NCBI GenBank assembly: GCA_047602405.1
Contig: JASGHJ010000002.1
Coordinates: 2,784,001-2,848,000, forward strand
DNA length: 64,000 nucleotides
Source of the DNA: Anaeromyxobacteraceae bacterium
Lineage (GTDB): Bacteria > Myxococcota > Myxococcia > Myxococcales > Anaeromyxobacteraceae
Reading direction: 5' to 3'
Numbering within the stretch: the first letter of the stretch is position 1; every line of letters starts with the position of its first letter. Shown here piece by piece: positions 13,896 through 23,566 of this stretch. Position numbers and translations under genes: made by a program. The notes beneath the pieces are model-generated. The model was given only the letters and a program-made list of their open reading frames with translations, ran no database searches and was not told where the DNA came from.

Positions 13896-15080
13896 ATGTC
13901 GACGATTCCTCAGATCGCCCCGGCCGACGCACCGGCCACGGACCCGCGCCCCGTCGCGAACGTGACCTCGCGCTTCCAGCCGGGCAGCCGCTCGATTCTG
14001 GGCGAACGACCCGACCGCGCGCTGGGACGACTGGACCTGGCAGCAGCAGCAGCGCATCACCCGGCTCGAGCAGCTCGAGAAGGTGCTCAACCTCACCGAC
14101 GCCGAGCGCCGCGCGGTGAAGGAGACCGACGCCGAGTTCCACATGGGCATCACGCCCTACTACGCGGCGCTGATGGACCGGGACGATCCGAACTGCCCGA
14201 TCCGCCTCCAGTCGGTGCCGACGCTGGGCGAGCTCAACATCCTCGCCTCCGACCTCGAGGACCCGCTCGCCGAGGAGCGGGACATGCCGGTGCCGGGCAT
14301 CACGCACCGCTACCCCGACCGCGTCCTCTTCTACACGACGCACAACTGCCCGGTGTACTGCCGCCACTGCACGCGCAAGCGCAAGGTGTCGGACCCGACG
14401 ACCGCCGCGGCGAAGAAGCAGATCGAGGACTCGCTCGCGTACATCGCCTCGCACCCCGAGATCCGCGACGTGGTCGTCTCGGGCGGCGACCCCTCTCGCT
14501 CTCCGACGACCGGCTCGACTACATCCTCGGCCGCCTGCGCGCGATCCCGCACGTCGAGGTCTTCCGGCTCGGCACGCGCAACCTCGTCACCCTGCCCCAG
14601 CGCGTCACGAACGACCTCGTGAAGATGCTGCGGAAGCACCACCCGGTCTTCGTGAACACGCACTTCAACCACCCCAAGGAGTGCACGGCGGAGGCCTTCG
14701 AAGCCGCGCGCCGCCTCGCCGACGCGGGCTGCATGCTCGGCAACCAGATGGTGCTCTTGAAGGGCGTGAACGACGATCCGAAGGTGGTGAAGGAGCTCAA
14801 CCACAAGCTCCTCCTGATGCGGGTCCGGCCCTACTACATCTACCAGTGCGATCTCTCGCGCGGCATCAGCCACTTCCGCACGCCCGTCGAGAAGGGCATC
14901 GAGATCATCGAGCACCTGCGCGGCCACACCTCCGGCCTCGCGGTGCCGCACTTCGTGGTCGACGCGCCGAACGGCGGCGGGAAGATCCCCGTGCAGCCGC
15001 AGTACGTCGTCTCGCACGAGGGCAAGCGCTGGGTGTTCCGGAACTACTCCGGCAAGCAGTACGAGTACCTGGAGCCGTAG
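13896..15080 (+). pseudogene. kamA: KamA-family lysine 2,3-aminomutase (paralogue 2) with two compensating frameshifts (real lesion or assembly error)
   Basis: MSTIPQ.. in one frame; shift near 13996 to [26 protein letters not shown]; shift back near 14491 to [23 protein letters not shown]. Confidence 0.8.
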
Positions 15081-15102
15081 CATCCGAAGACGCAGGGCGG
15101 GC

Positions 15103-15483
15103 TCACCAGATCGTCCTGACCAGCCCCGAGCGCACCACGGTCTCGTCCGCCGTGACGAGCTCCGCGCTGTGGGTGAGCGCCGTGGCCACGATCAGGCGGT
15201 CCGAAGGATCGCGCAGGCCCTTCAGCTGAGCGGCCACGCTCGCGACCGCCGGCGTGAGCGGCAAGAGCTCGATCCGCTCCGTCTCCAGGCTCCCCTCCAT
15301 CCAGCGGACCGGTGCATCGTCGAGCTCGATCCGCTCGCGCGCTGCCAGGCCCGCGACCTCCCAGCAGCTGATGGCGGCGACGCCTCTGGGCCGGGTCGAC
15401 CTGAGAACCTGCCGCACCTTGCGGCCCAGGCGCTCGGGCGCGCTCATGAACCAGAGCCAGGCGTGCGTGTCGAGGATGATCAT
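15103..15483 (-). CDS. vapC: PIN-domain toxin (VapC family)
   Basis: IILDTHAWLW, ISCWE, DPSDRLIVATA, LVTAD; ATGA overlap with antitoxin. Confidence 0.92.
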   Translation of the reverse strand: MIILDTHAWLWFMSAPERLGRKVRQVLRSTRPRGVAAISCWEVAGLAARERIELDDAPVRWMEGSLETERIELLPLTPAVASVAAQLKGLRDPSDRLIVATALTHSAELVTADETVVRSGLVRTIW

Positions 15484-15710
15484 ACGTCCACCGCCCATTC
15501 GTCCCCGAGCGGCGCCAGGAGGTCTCCCCTGACCTTCACGCTCCCCAAGAAGCTCCTGCGCCGCTGACCACCGACAGGCCCGAGCTCGGCAACGGGCTTC
15601 CCGCGCTTGGTGATGACCACGCGGTCGCCATGCTTCGCGACGTCGTCGAGGACCTTCAGGCACCGCGCCTTGAAGATGGCGGCGGTCATCGTGCGGGCGG
15701 GAGCTTTCAT
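15480..15710 (-). CDS. Phd/YefM family antitoxin
   Basis: FKARCLKVLDDV..VVITKRGKPVA; coupled to PIN toxin. Confidence 0.9.
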   Translation of the reverse strand: MKAPARTMTAAIFKARCLKVLDDVAKHGDRVVITKRGKPVAELGPVGGQRRRSFLGSVKVRGDLLAPLGDEWAVDV

Positions 15711-15745
15711 GGTCACATCGTAGTGACCTAGTACCGCGAGATCAA
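15711..15745 (-). promoter_or_regulatory. TA operon promoter with overlapping palindromic operator
   Basis: TTGATC - 17 nt - TACGAT - 6 nt - ATG; inverted repeat GGTCAC-N6-GTGACC (15711-15728) brackets the -10 box. Confidence 0.75.
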
Positions 15746-15763
15746 GCCGGGGGGCGGGCGCGC

Positions 15764-16264
15764 TCATGGCGCCACCTCCAGGACCGCAATGCGCGGTCCT
15801 CCCCGGGGCCTGGGCGGCCCCGCGTCCGCCGCCTCCACGCGGGTGGGCCAGGAGAGGACCGAGGCGACCTTCACGACCACGCCCTCCCCGCCTCGCAACG
15901 CGCACCCGTCGGGCCCGCAGACCAGCCCTGCTCGCATGGCCGCGCGCGCGAGGACGAGGCGGGCGCGCATGAGCGCTGGAGGGGAGCCCTCGAGCGTGAG
16001 CCAGAGCGAGTCCACGCGCCCGGCGCGTGCCGTCCAGCGCACGCGCGCGAGCGCGCCGCCGGGAGCCAGGAACAGGGAGTCGCCCGGGCCGAGCAGCGCC
16101 GCGGCCTCCGCGGCCTCGTCGCCCACGGTCACGCCGCCGAGGCGCAGCCGCGGGCCGTCGGGGCCGCCCGCGAAGCCGAGCGAGAGCGCCGGAGGCGGCG
16201 GAGCCGAGCAGCCGAGGAGGAAGAGGAGCAGCGCGGGGACGAGGCGGGCCATGCCTCGAGCCAT
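15764..16264 (-). CDS. Hypothetical lipoprotein (start may be a few codons downstream)
   Basis: Hydrophobic signal ending LLGC; no recognised family. Confidence 0.45.
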   Translation of the reverse strand: MARGMARLVPALLLFLLGCSAPPPPALSLGFAGGPDGPRLRLGGVTVGDEAAEAAALLGPGDSLFLAPGGALARVRWTARAGRVDSLWLTLEGSPPALMRARLVLARAAMRAGLVCGPDGCALRGGEGVVVKVASVLSWPTRVEAADAGPPRPRGGPRIAVLEVAP

Positions 16265-16282
16265 TGCGCGGGGCGTGCCGGA

Positions 16283-16410
16283 GCGCGGACCGAGTCGGTC
16301 CGCGCGGTTGCGCGAGAGCGGTCCGGCCCCGGAGGTCCGCCGGGCGGACCGGGGTCCGCGGCGCGGACCGGAGAGCGGTCCTGCCCCGGAGGACCGCGGC
16401 GCGGACCTCG
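16283..16410. repeat. Cluster of GCGGACC/GGTCCGC hairpins with a 27-bp imperfect direct repeat
   Basis: GAGAGCGGTCC(G/T)GCCCCGGAGG(T/A)CCGC at 16314-16340 and 16371-16397; near-perfect palindrome 16283-16305. Confidence 0.65.
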
Positions 16411-16453
16411 CCAGCGGCGAAGCCTCCGCCGCGGCGCCAGGCGCCGCGGTGAG

Positions 16454-16524
16454 GCGGAGCCGATCCGGGGGTGGGCCCCGCGGAGCTTCGCTCCGCGGGC
16501 GGGGGGCTACGCCCCCCGTTCAAC
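16454..16524. repeat. Double-hairpin intergenic element (family B), copy 1
   Basis: Near-identical to 40618-40687. Confidence 0.8.
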
Positions 16525-16911
16525 TCAGTCCACGACCGCGATCGCGTCGATCTCCACCCGCGCCCCGCGCGGCAGTGCCGCGACCTGCACGGTGGCCCGC
16601 GCCGGCGGCGTGCCGGTGAAGCACTTCCCGTAGACCTCGTTCACCTTCCCGAAATCGCCGAGGTCGGCGAGGAAGATGGTGCACCGCACGACGTGGTCGA
16701 AGGTCGCCCCGCCCGCCGCGAGCACCGCGCGCAGGTTCTCCATCACGCGCGAGGTCTGCTCCTCGATGCCGCCCTTCACGAGCTCGCCCGTGGCCGGGTC
16801 GAGGGGGATCTGGCCGGACAGCCAGAGCGTGCGCGCGCCGCGCGCCTCGATGGCCTGGCTGTAGGGACCGATGGCCTTCGGGGCCGAGGGCGACGCGATG
16901 GGGGTCTTCAT
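16525..16911 (-). CDS. ridA: RidA/YjgF family reactive intermediate deaminase
   Basis: APKAIGPYSQA, SGQIP, PPARATVQVAALP, VEIDAIA. Confidence 0.93.
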   Translation of the reverse strand: MKTPIASPSAPKAIGPYSQAIEARGARTLWLSGQIPLDPATGELVKGGIEEQTSRVMENLRAVLAAGGATFDHVVRCTIFLADLGDFGKVNEVYGKCFTGTPPARATVQVAALPRGARVEIDAIAVVD

Positions 16912-17127
16912 GGAGAGCGAATGTAGCCGGGGATGGGCGGGGGTGGGGAGGCGATCGGGGCGGGCGCCGGATCGGCGCGACGGAACGTCGGGCGAACGGG
17001 CACGTGGGCGGCCTCACCGAGTACCGCGCGCGCCTCTTCGCGGGGCTGCCGCGGGGGGAAGTGAGGACGGACCGTCAGACCTCCGGGCGATACCTGAACA
17101 TCGGTATCGCCGCACGAGAGGTGAACG

Positions 17128-18296
17128 ATGTCCGCCAAGGTCCAGGCACTCCACGCCGAGCTCAGGTCGATCGTCGGAACCGACCGCGAGCAGCTCGTCC
17201 GCTTCCTGCTCCTGCTCGACGCCTTCGATCGCGAGGCGGGGTACTTCGAGTTCGGGCGGCCGTCGCTCTGGCTGTACCTCCTCCTGGACTTGAAGCTCAG
17301 GGAGTCGGTCGCGGGTCGGCGCATCGCCGTGATGAAGCTTCTGCGGCAGTATCCACACCTCGACGCGCCGCTCGCGGATGGCGGCTGTGCATCACGACCA
17401 TCGACCTCCTCGCCCCGTTGATGAACCCGGAGAACGTGGACGAGATTGTTCGCCGCGCCTCCTGGCTCACGAAGGAGCAGACGCTGCGGCTGCGCGCGGA
17501 ACTCCAGCCGCGGGAACCGCCCAGGGAGGGCATACGCCGGCTCCCGACCAAGGCGGCGGCCGCACATCCGCTCGCTGCAACGCTGCCCGAGGCCACCCAG
17601 GAGGCTGGGGCGCGGGAAGCCGCCGCCGTCGAGAACCCGGAACACGGTGCCGCGCCGGCCGATGCCCGGCCCTTCCCCCTCCTTTTCCTTGCCTGCACCC
17701 CGTCCACGCCTCGCCATCGAGCCCTGCACTCCCACGCTCGACTCGATGCGCGTGACCATCGACCAGGCCTTCCGCGACCGGCTCGGGAAGGCTCGCGACC
17801 TCGCGAGCCACCGCAACCCGAAGGGCGACCTCTACCGCGTGCTGTTCGATGCGCTCGGCGCGTACATCGAGAAGCTCGAGAAGGACCGGGGCCTCGCGAA
17901 GCCGAAGCACCCGCGTGCACCGAAGCCCGTGCCCGCGCCCACGCCCGGCGAGCGCGCGCCGATCTCCGCCGAGACGGCCCGGATCGTCTGGGAGCGCGAC
18001 AAGGGGTGCTGCCAGCAGCCGATGCCCGATGGACCATCTGCGGGAGCACCTTTCAGCTCGAGCTGCACCACCGGGACCCGGCGAAGCAGACGGGCTCGTC
18101 GCAGCCCGAGGACCTCGAGCTGCGCTGCAAGCCCCACAACCGCTACGAGGCGGACCTCGTCTTCGGGAAGAAGAACATCGACCGGATCATCTCGGAGAAG
18201 CAGCACTCACGACGCGCGCAGCCGAGGCGTGCGCAGCCCAGGGAGGGTAACCGCAACCCGGGAACTTCAAAAACTCCCTCCAGCGGGAGCGAATGA
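17128..18296 (+). pseudogene. Large HNH endonuclease-type protein (helical N-terminus plus C-terminal HNH), interrupted by three frameshifts
   Basis: Segments MSAKVQ..APLADG / RLCITT.. / RVTIDQAFRDRL..VWERDKGCC / CGSTFQLELHH..LELRCKPHN alternate between two frames; shifts near 17380, 17680 and 18030. Confidence 0.75.
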
Positions 18297-18381
18297 GACC
18301 CGATCCCGCGAATGCACGGAACGTGACCAAGACGGTTCGTGAAAGTGCCGGTGCGACGCCGCGACCACGAGACGTCGGGCC

Positions 18382-18852
18382 CTACTCCCCCACCCCACAC
18401 TTCACGTCCGTGCACTGACCGGCGCCGTGCTTCGCGGTACAGGTGGCGGTCACGGCCTCTCGCGCCGCTCGCTCGGTTGCGCCGTACGCCGAGATCGGCG
18501 TGCCGAACGGCGAGGTCTCGCATCGGAAGGCGCGGGCACCAGGCACCGCGACGGGCGGCCTCGCGGGCGTGGCGCCAGGCACGGTGGCGGTGCGCCCTTC
18601 GCCCGCGCTCTGCCCCGCCTCCACGTAGCCGGTGCGGTAGGCGCCGAGGAGCTGGGTGCGGGCGGCGGGGTCGCAGGGGTCCGCGAAGGCGGCGGACATC
18701 GGCCTGCCCTCCGCGGCATCGCGGGCGCCCTCCTCGCGGGCGCCGGCCGGCGAGCAGAGCTGCGCGCGGAAGGTCTCCTGGGGAGTGACGCACGCGGAGG
18801 AGGATGCGGCGACGAAGACCGCCCCGGCGGCGACGCCCCACCTCACCCTCAC
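18382..18852 (-). CDS. Cys-containing lipoprotein (DUF2799-like)
   Basis: GTG overlapping rel stop; lipobox SSAC; C..GARDAAEG..C..AYRTGY pattern. Confidence 0.55.
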   Translation of the reverse strand: MRVRWGVAAGAVFVAASSSACVTPQETFRAQLCSPAGAREEGARDAAEGRPMSAAFADPCDPAARTQLLGAYRTGYVEAGQSAGEGRTATVPGATPARPPVAVPGARAFRCETSPFGTPISAYGATERAAREAVTATCTAKHGAGQCTDVKCGVGE

Positions 18853-21032
18853 ACCCTCCGCACCGACTGCACGCCGTCGACGCGCTCGATGGAGCGGATC
18901 ACCGCGTTCAGCTGCTTCACGTCGGCGATGGTGACCTCGAAGTCGTTCACGGCCTTCTCGCCGGGGGTGGTCTTGCAGCTCGCGCTCGAGATGTTCACGC
19001 CGGTGTCGCTGATGGTCTGGGAGATCTTCGCGAGGATGCCGGGCTTGTCGTAGGTGATGACGCGCAGGTTCACCGGGCGGCGGAACTCGCCGCGGACGTC
19101 CCACGACACGTCGACCCGGCGGTCGGGGTCGATGCCGAGGATCTTGTCGCAGTTGACCGTGTGCACCGTCACGCCGCGACCGCGGGTGATGAAGCCGACG
19201 ATGGGGTCGCCCGGCACGGGGTTGCAGCAGCGGCCGAAGCGCACGAGCACGTCGTCGATGCCGTTGAGCCGCACGCCGCCGGTCTGCGTCGGCAGGCGGG
19301 CGACCTTGCGGAACATCTCGGTGATGACGGACGTCGGCCCCGGCTGGTCGGCCGGGGCCGGGGTGGCGAGCTTCTCGGCGGGGAGGATCTGGGACAGCAC
19401 CTGCTGCGGCGAGATCTTGCCGTAGCCGATCGCCGCGATCAGGTCGTCGGCGACGCGGTAGCCGAGCGCCTGGGCGGCCTTCTCGAGCTCGCCGCCCTTC
19501 GTGAGCTTGTTGAGCGTGACGCCGAAGCGGCGGAACTCGCGCTCGGCGAGGTCGCGGCCGATCTCCATCGAGCGGCGGTGCTCGGCCTGGCGGATGAACT
19601 GGCGGATGCGGGCCTGCGCGCGGCTGGTGCGCACGAAGGTCAGCCAGTCCTTCGACGGGTGGGAGTGCGGCGAGGTGAGCACCTCGACGGTGTCGCCGTT
19701 GCGCAGCTTGTAGCGGAGCGGGACCAGCTTGCCGTTCACCTTCGCGCCGACGGTGTGCTCGCCGACCTGCGAGTGGATGGTGTAGGCGAAGTCGACCGGG
19801 GTCGCCCCGCGCGGCAGGCTCTTCACCTCGCCCTTCGGCGTGAAGACGAAGACCTCGTCGCTGAAGAGGTCGACCTTGACGGTCTCGAGGAACTCGCGCG
19901 GATCGGCGAGGTCGCGCTGCCACTCCACGAGCTGGCGGAGCCAGCCGAAGCGCTCGGCGTCCTTCTTGGACATCTCGGCGCCCTTGCCGTCCCGCCCCTT
20001 CTCCTTGTAGGCCCAGTGCGCCGCGACGCCCTCCTCGGCGATCTGGTGCATCTCCTTCGTGCGGATCTGCACCTCGATCCGGTCGCCGCGCGGCCCCACC
20101 ACCGTGGTGTGGAGCGACTGGTACATGTTGGGCTTCGGGATCGCGATGTAGTCCTTGAAGCGCCCAGGCACCGGCTTCCACAGCGCGTGGATGATGCCGA
20201 GCGACTCGTAGCACCGCGCGACGCTCTCGACGATCACCCGGAAGCCGATGACGTCCTGGATCTGGTCGAACTCGACGTCGAGGGCGCGCATCTTCCGCCA
20301 GACGCTGTACGCGTGCTTCACCCGCCCGGTGACGTCGGCCTCGATGCCGGACTCGACGAGCCGCTGGCGGATGTTCTGGACGATCTCCTCGACGAACCGC
20401 TCCTTCTCGCGCGCCTGGGCGGCGATGCGCCCGGAGATGTCCGACCACTCGGTGGGCTCGAGGTACTTGAAGGAGAGGTCCTCGAGCTCGCTCTTCACCC
20501 ACTGGATGCCGAGGCGGTTCGCGAGCGGCGCGTAGATGTCGATGGTCTCGCGCGCGATCCGCTGCTGCGACTCCGGCTTCATGTGGTCGAGCGTCCGCAT
20601 GTTGTGCGTGCGGTCGGCGAGCTTCACGAGCAGGACCCGGATGTCCTTCGCCATCGCCACGACCATCTTGCGGAAGTTCTCGGCCTGCTTCTCCTCCTGC
20701 GTGTTCGCGGCGGAGAACTGCGAGAGCTTCGTCACACCCTCGACGAGCTCGCCGATCTCCTTGCCGAACAGCCCCTCGATCTCCTCGCGCGTCGCGAGGG
20801 TGTCCTCGATGGTGTCGTGGAGGAGCCCGGTGACGACGGAGGCCTCGTCGAGCTTGAGCTCGGCGAGGATGCCGGCGACCTCGAGCGGGTGGACGAGGTA
20901 AGGCTCGCCCGACTTCCGGATCTGCCCCTGATGCACCTTGGCGCTGTAGACGTACGCCTTCTTGATCAGGTCGAGATCGGGATCCGGGTGGTAGGTCGCG
21001 ACCCGGTCGAGGATGTCGTTCAGTCGCAGCAA
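18849..21032 (-). CDS. relA: Bifunctional (p)ppGpp synthetase/hydrolase (long RSH: HD, SYNTH, TGS, ACT)
   Basis: HQGQIRKSGEPY, LHDTIED (HD intact), RFKDY, YQSLHT, EVQIRT, TGS DFAYTIH, CCNPVPGD; TTG start at LLRLNDIL inferred. Confidence 0.95.
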   Translation of the reverse strand: MLRLNDILDRVATYHPDPDLDLIKKAYVYSAKVHQGQIRKSGEPYLVHPLEVAGILAELKLDEASVVTGLLHDTIEDTLATREEIEGLFGKEIGELVEGVTKLSQFSAANTQEEKQAENFRKMVVAMAKDIRVLLVKLADRTHNMRTLDHMKPESQQRIARETIDIYAPLANRLGIQWVKSELEDLSFKYLEPTEWSDISGRIAAQAREKERFVEEIVQNIRQRLVESGIEADVTGRVKHAYSVWRKMRALDVEFDQIQDVIGFRVIVESVARCYESLGIIHALWKPVPGRFKDYIAIPKPNMYQSLHTTVVGPRGDRIEVQIRTKEMHQIAEEGVAAHWAYKEKGRDGKGAEMSKKDAERFGWLRQLVEWQRDLADPREFLETVKVDLFSDEVFVFTPKGEVKSLPRGATPVDFAYTIHSQVGEHTVGAKVNGKLVPLRYKLRNGDTVEVLTSPHSHPSKDWLTFVRTSRAQARIRQFIRQAEHRRSMEIGRDLAEREFRRFGVTLNKLTKGGELEKAAQALGYRVADDLIAAIGYGKISPQQVLSQILPAEKLATPAPADQPGPTSVITEMFRKVARLPTQTGGVRLNGIDDVLVRFGRCCNPVPGDPIVGFITRGRGVTVHTVNCDKILGIDPDRRVDVSWDVRGEFRRPVNLRVITYDKPGILAKISQTISDTGVNISSASCKTTPGEKAVNDFEVTIADVKQLNAVIRSIERVDGVQSVRRV

Positions 21033-21158
21033 GCCAGTCTTGCGAGGGTACCGGCCGCCCTGCGGCGCGGCAAGCGCCTCTCCTACCTGATAACGCAATG
21101 CGCCATCGTGCGCCAGCGGACCCCCACCCGGGCGGGCGGTGGACTACCATCCGGACGG

Positions 21159-22175
21159 ATGCCCGTCCGCCGGCTGGTCCTCGCCTCCCTCGCCATCTCG
21201 CTCACGGTCGCCGTCGGCACGACGGGCTACTGGATCATCGGCGGCGGGGACTGGACCCTGTTCGATTGCCTGTACCAGACGGTGATCGGCATCTCGACCG
21301 CCGGCTTCGGGGAGATCCTCCCCCTCGCCGCGAAGCCCGCCGGGCGGCCCTTCACGATCCTGCTCCTCGTGGGTGGGCTCGTCGTGGTGGGCTGGTTCGC
21401 GACCACCGCGGCGGCGTTCCTCATCGAGGGCGAGATCTCGGGCCTCGCCTGGAGGCGACGGATGGACAGGGAACTCGAGAAGCTGAAGGGCCACGTCATC
21501 GTCTGCGGCGCGGGGGCGACCGGCATCCACTGCGTGAAGGAGCTCTCCGCGATCGGCGTGCCGTTCGTGGTGCTGGAGCGCGACCCCGAGCTCGCCCGCA
21601 GGATCTCGCAGGAGCACCGCTGCGGCGCGGTCGTCGGCGACGCCACCCACGACCAGTTCCTCGAGGAGGCGGGCATCACGCGCGCGAGCGGCGTCATCGC
21701 CGCGCTCACCGAGGACAAGGACAACCTCTTCATCACCGTGTCCGCCCGCGCCCTCAACCCGAAGCTGCGCATCGTCGCGAAGGCCATCGAGCCCGGCGCG
21801 GACGCGAAGCTGAAGCGCGCGGGCGCGGACGCGGTGGTGTCGCCGAACGCCATCGGCGGGCTCAGGATGGTGAGCGAGATGGTGCGCCCGGAGGTGGTCT
21901 CGTTCCTCGACGTCATGATGCGGGACCGCAACCAGCCGCTCCGGATCGAGGAGCTGCCGGTGCCGGTGGGCTCGCCCTTCGCCCAGCGGCGCGTCGGGGA
22001 GCTCGGGCTCGCGGCGCACGGGATGCTCCTCCTCGCGGTGAAGCCCGCCGCGGCCGGCGCCGCCCTCGTCTACAACCCCGGGAGCGACCACCGGCTCGAG
22101 GGCGGGGAGACCCTGATCGTGCTCGGGGACGCCAACCGCGTGAGGGAGTTGAGCAGGCGGTCGGCAGCGGGTTAA
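21159..22175 (+). CDS. Two-TM potassium channel with RCK (TrkA-N/TrkA-C) domains
   Basis: TM-pore-TM with STAGFGE filter; HVIVCGAGATG, GDAT, AGADAVVSP; C-terminal YNPG..L..GETLIVLG. Confidence 0.9.
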   Translation: MPVRRLVLASLAISLTVAVGTTGYWIIGGGDWTLFDCLYQTVIGISTAGFGEILPLAAKPAGRPFTILLLVGGLVVVGWFATTAAAFLIEGEISGLAWRRRMDRELEKLKGHVIVCGAGATGIHCVKELSAIGVPFVVLERDPELARRISQEHRCGAVVGDATHDQFLEEAGITRASGVIAALTEDKDNLFITVSARALNPKLRIVAKAIEPGADAKLKRAGADAVVSPNAIGGLRMVSEMVRPEVVSFLDVMMRDRNQPLRIEELPVPVGSPFAQRRVGELGLAAHGMLLLAVKPAAAGAALVYNPGSDHRLEGGETLIVLGDANRVRELSRRSAAG

Positions 22176-22217
22176 CGTGCGGGGCGCCGGCAGCCATCGG
22201 CCGCGGAGGAGCTCCCC

Positions 22218-23442
22218 TTGAAGTGCAAGCAGTGCGGCGCGACCCTGGACCTGACGATGAGCGCCTGTCCTTCCTGCGGGAAGGACGTGGAGCTCGGCCG
22301 GCTCACCGGCATCCTCGGCATGGTCTGCCGCTCGTGCGACGCCTACAACGAGCCCGGCGTGAAGATCTGCGCCGCCTGCGGGAAGCCGCTCGGCACGCAG
22401 CCGGTGGAGCCCGCCCCGCCGCCGCCCGCCCCCGCGCCCGTCGCCGCCCCGGTCGCGCCCCCGGCCCCGGCGTTCACCCCGCCCGTGCCGGCCGCGGCCG
22501 GCGCTGCCAGCCGGCCGAAGCCGGCCGCGACCCGCTTCGTGCCCTCCCAGGCGCGCGCCTCCGGCCCGGCCGCCCCGCTCAACGTCGCGCCGCTCGCGCC
22601 CGGCGGGCCGGCCACCCCCGGCGGCCCGGTCGCCCTCGTCACGAAGTGCCCCCGCTGCGGCGCGGACGCCCAGGGCGCCTTCTGCGCCTCCTGCGGCCAG
22701 CCGCTCGGCCCCCGGGGCACGGCGGTCATGAGGTCGACGCCCGCCCCGGGCGTGAAGACCGCCACCCAGAATCTTCGGGGCGCTCACCCCGGGCCGCGCG
22801 AAGCTCGTGCTCGAGCGCGGCAGCGGCAACGAGGGCTCCACGTTCCGGCTCAACGCGGAGAACGTCGAGGCCGGCCGCACGAAGGGCGCGGTCATCTTCC
22901 CCGACGACCCCTGCCTCGCGCCGCACCACGCGACCTTCTTCTACCGGGAGGGCAACCTCCACGTGCGCGACGAGGGCGCGCCGGGCGGCCTCTACCTGCG
23001 CCTGCGCGGCCTCTCGGTGCCGATCCGCCCGGGCGACCACTTCGTGGTCGGCGACCGGCTGCTCCGCTACGCGGGCCCGCTCCCTCCCTCGCCGCCGGGC
23101 CCGCCCGACGGCACCCGCCGCCTGGGCGCGCCGCGCCCCACCGGCAACGCGGTCGTCATCGAGGAGTGGATGGAGGGCGGCGCCGCCGGCCGCGTCTACG
23201 TCCGCGGCGGCCCGTCCGTCACCATCGGCCGGGCGGGTTGCGCCGTGAACCTCGGCGACGACCCGTTCCTCTCGCAGGCCCACGCCGAGGTGCTGGTCGA
23301 GCCGGACGGCAACGCCCGCCTGCGCGACCTCTCGTCGTCGAACGGCACCTTCGTCCGCGTGCCGCCGCACGCCGAGCGCGAGCTGCGCGACGGCGACTGC
23401 GTGCGCCTCGGCCGCGAGGTGCTGCGCGTCGCGGTGGCCTGA
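22218..23442 (+). pseudogene. Zinc-ribbon plus tandem-FHA protein, one +1 frameshift near 22770 (probably assembly error)
   Basis: Three paired CxxC ribbons and Pro-rich linker; deleting one A from CAGAATC restores TQIFGALTPGRAKLVLE into two FHA domains. Confidence 0.8.
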
Positions 23443-23486
23443 CGGCGGCCCGCCCCCCCGGCGGGCTGCCCCTCCCACGAAGAGAC

Positions 23487-23519
23487 GACCCCGGAGGCCC
23501 GCGAAGGGCCCCCGGGGTC
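23487..23519 (-). terminator. GC-rich hairpin between convergent genes, probable terminator
   Basis: GACCCCGG-A-GGCCC-gcgaa-GGGCC-C-CCGGGGTC followed on minus strand by GTCTCTTCGT. Confidence 0.55.
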
Positions 23520-23566
23520 ATGAGGTCACTCCGGCCCGGCCGCCCCGCGGAGCGGGGCTGCCGGTT

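Noticed and set aside
12615..15080. Glutamate 2,3-aminomutase assignment for one KamA copy
   Set aside because: Both keep the acidic residues associated with lysine binding rather than the substitutions expected for glutamate
15103..18350. Prophage or integrative island around the TA pair and HNH-1
   Set aside because: No integrase, phage genes, att repeats or tRNA; housekeeping ridA lies in the middle
13990..22800. Programmed ribosomal frameshifting in kamA2, HNH-1 and the FHA gene
   Set aside because: No slippery heptamers; single-base indels at short homopolymers clustered in one 9-kb stretch fit sequencing error or decay better
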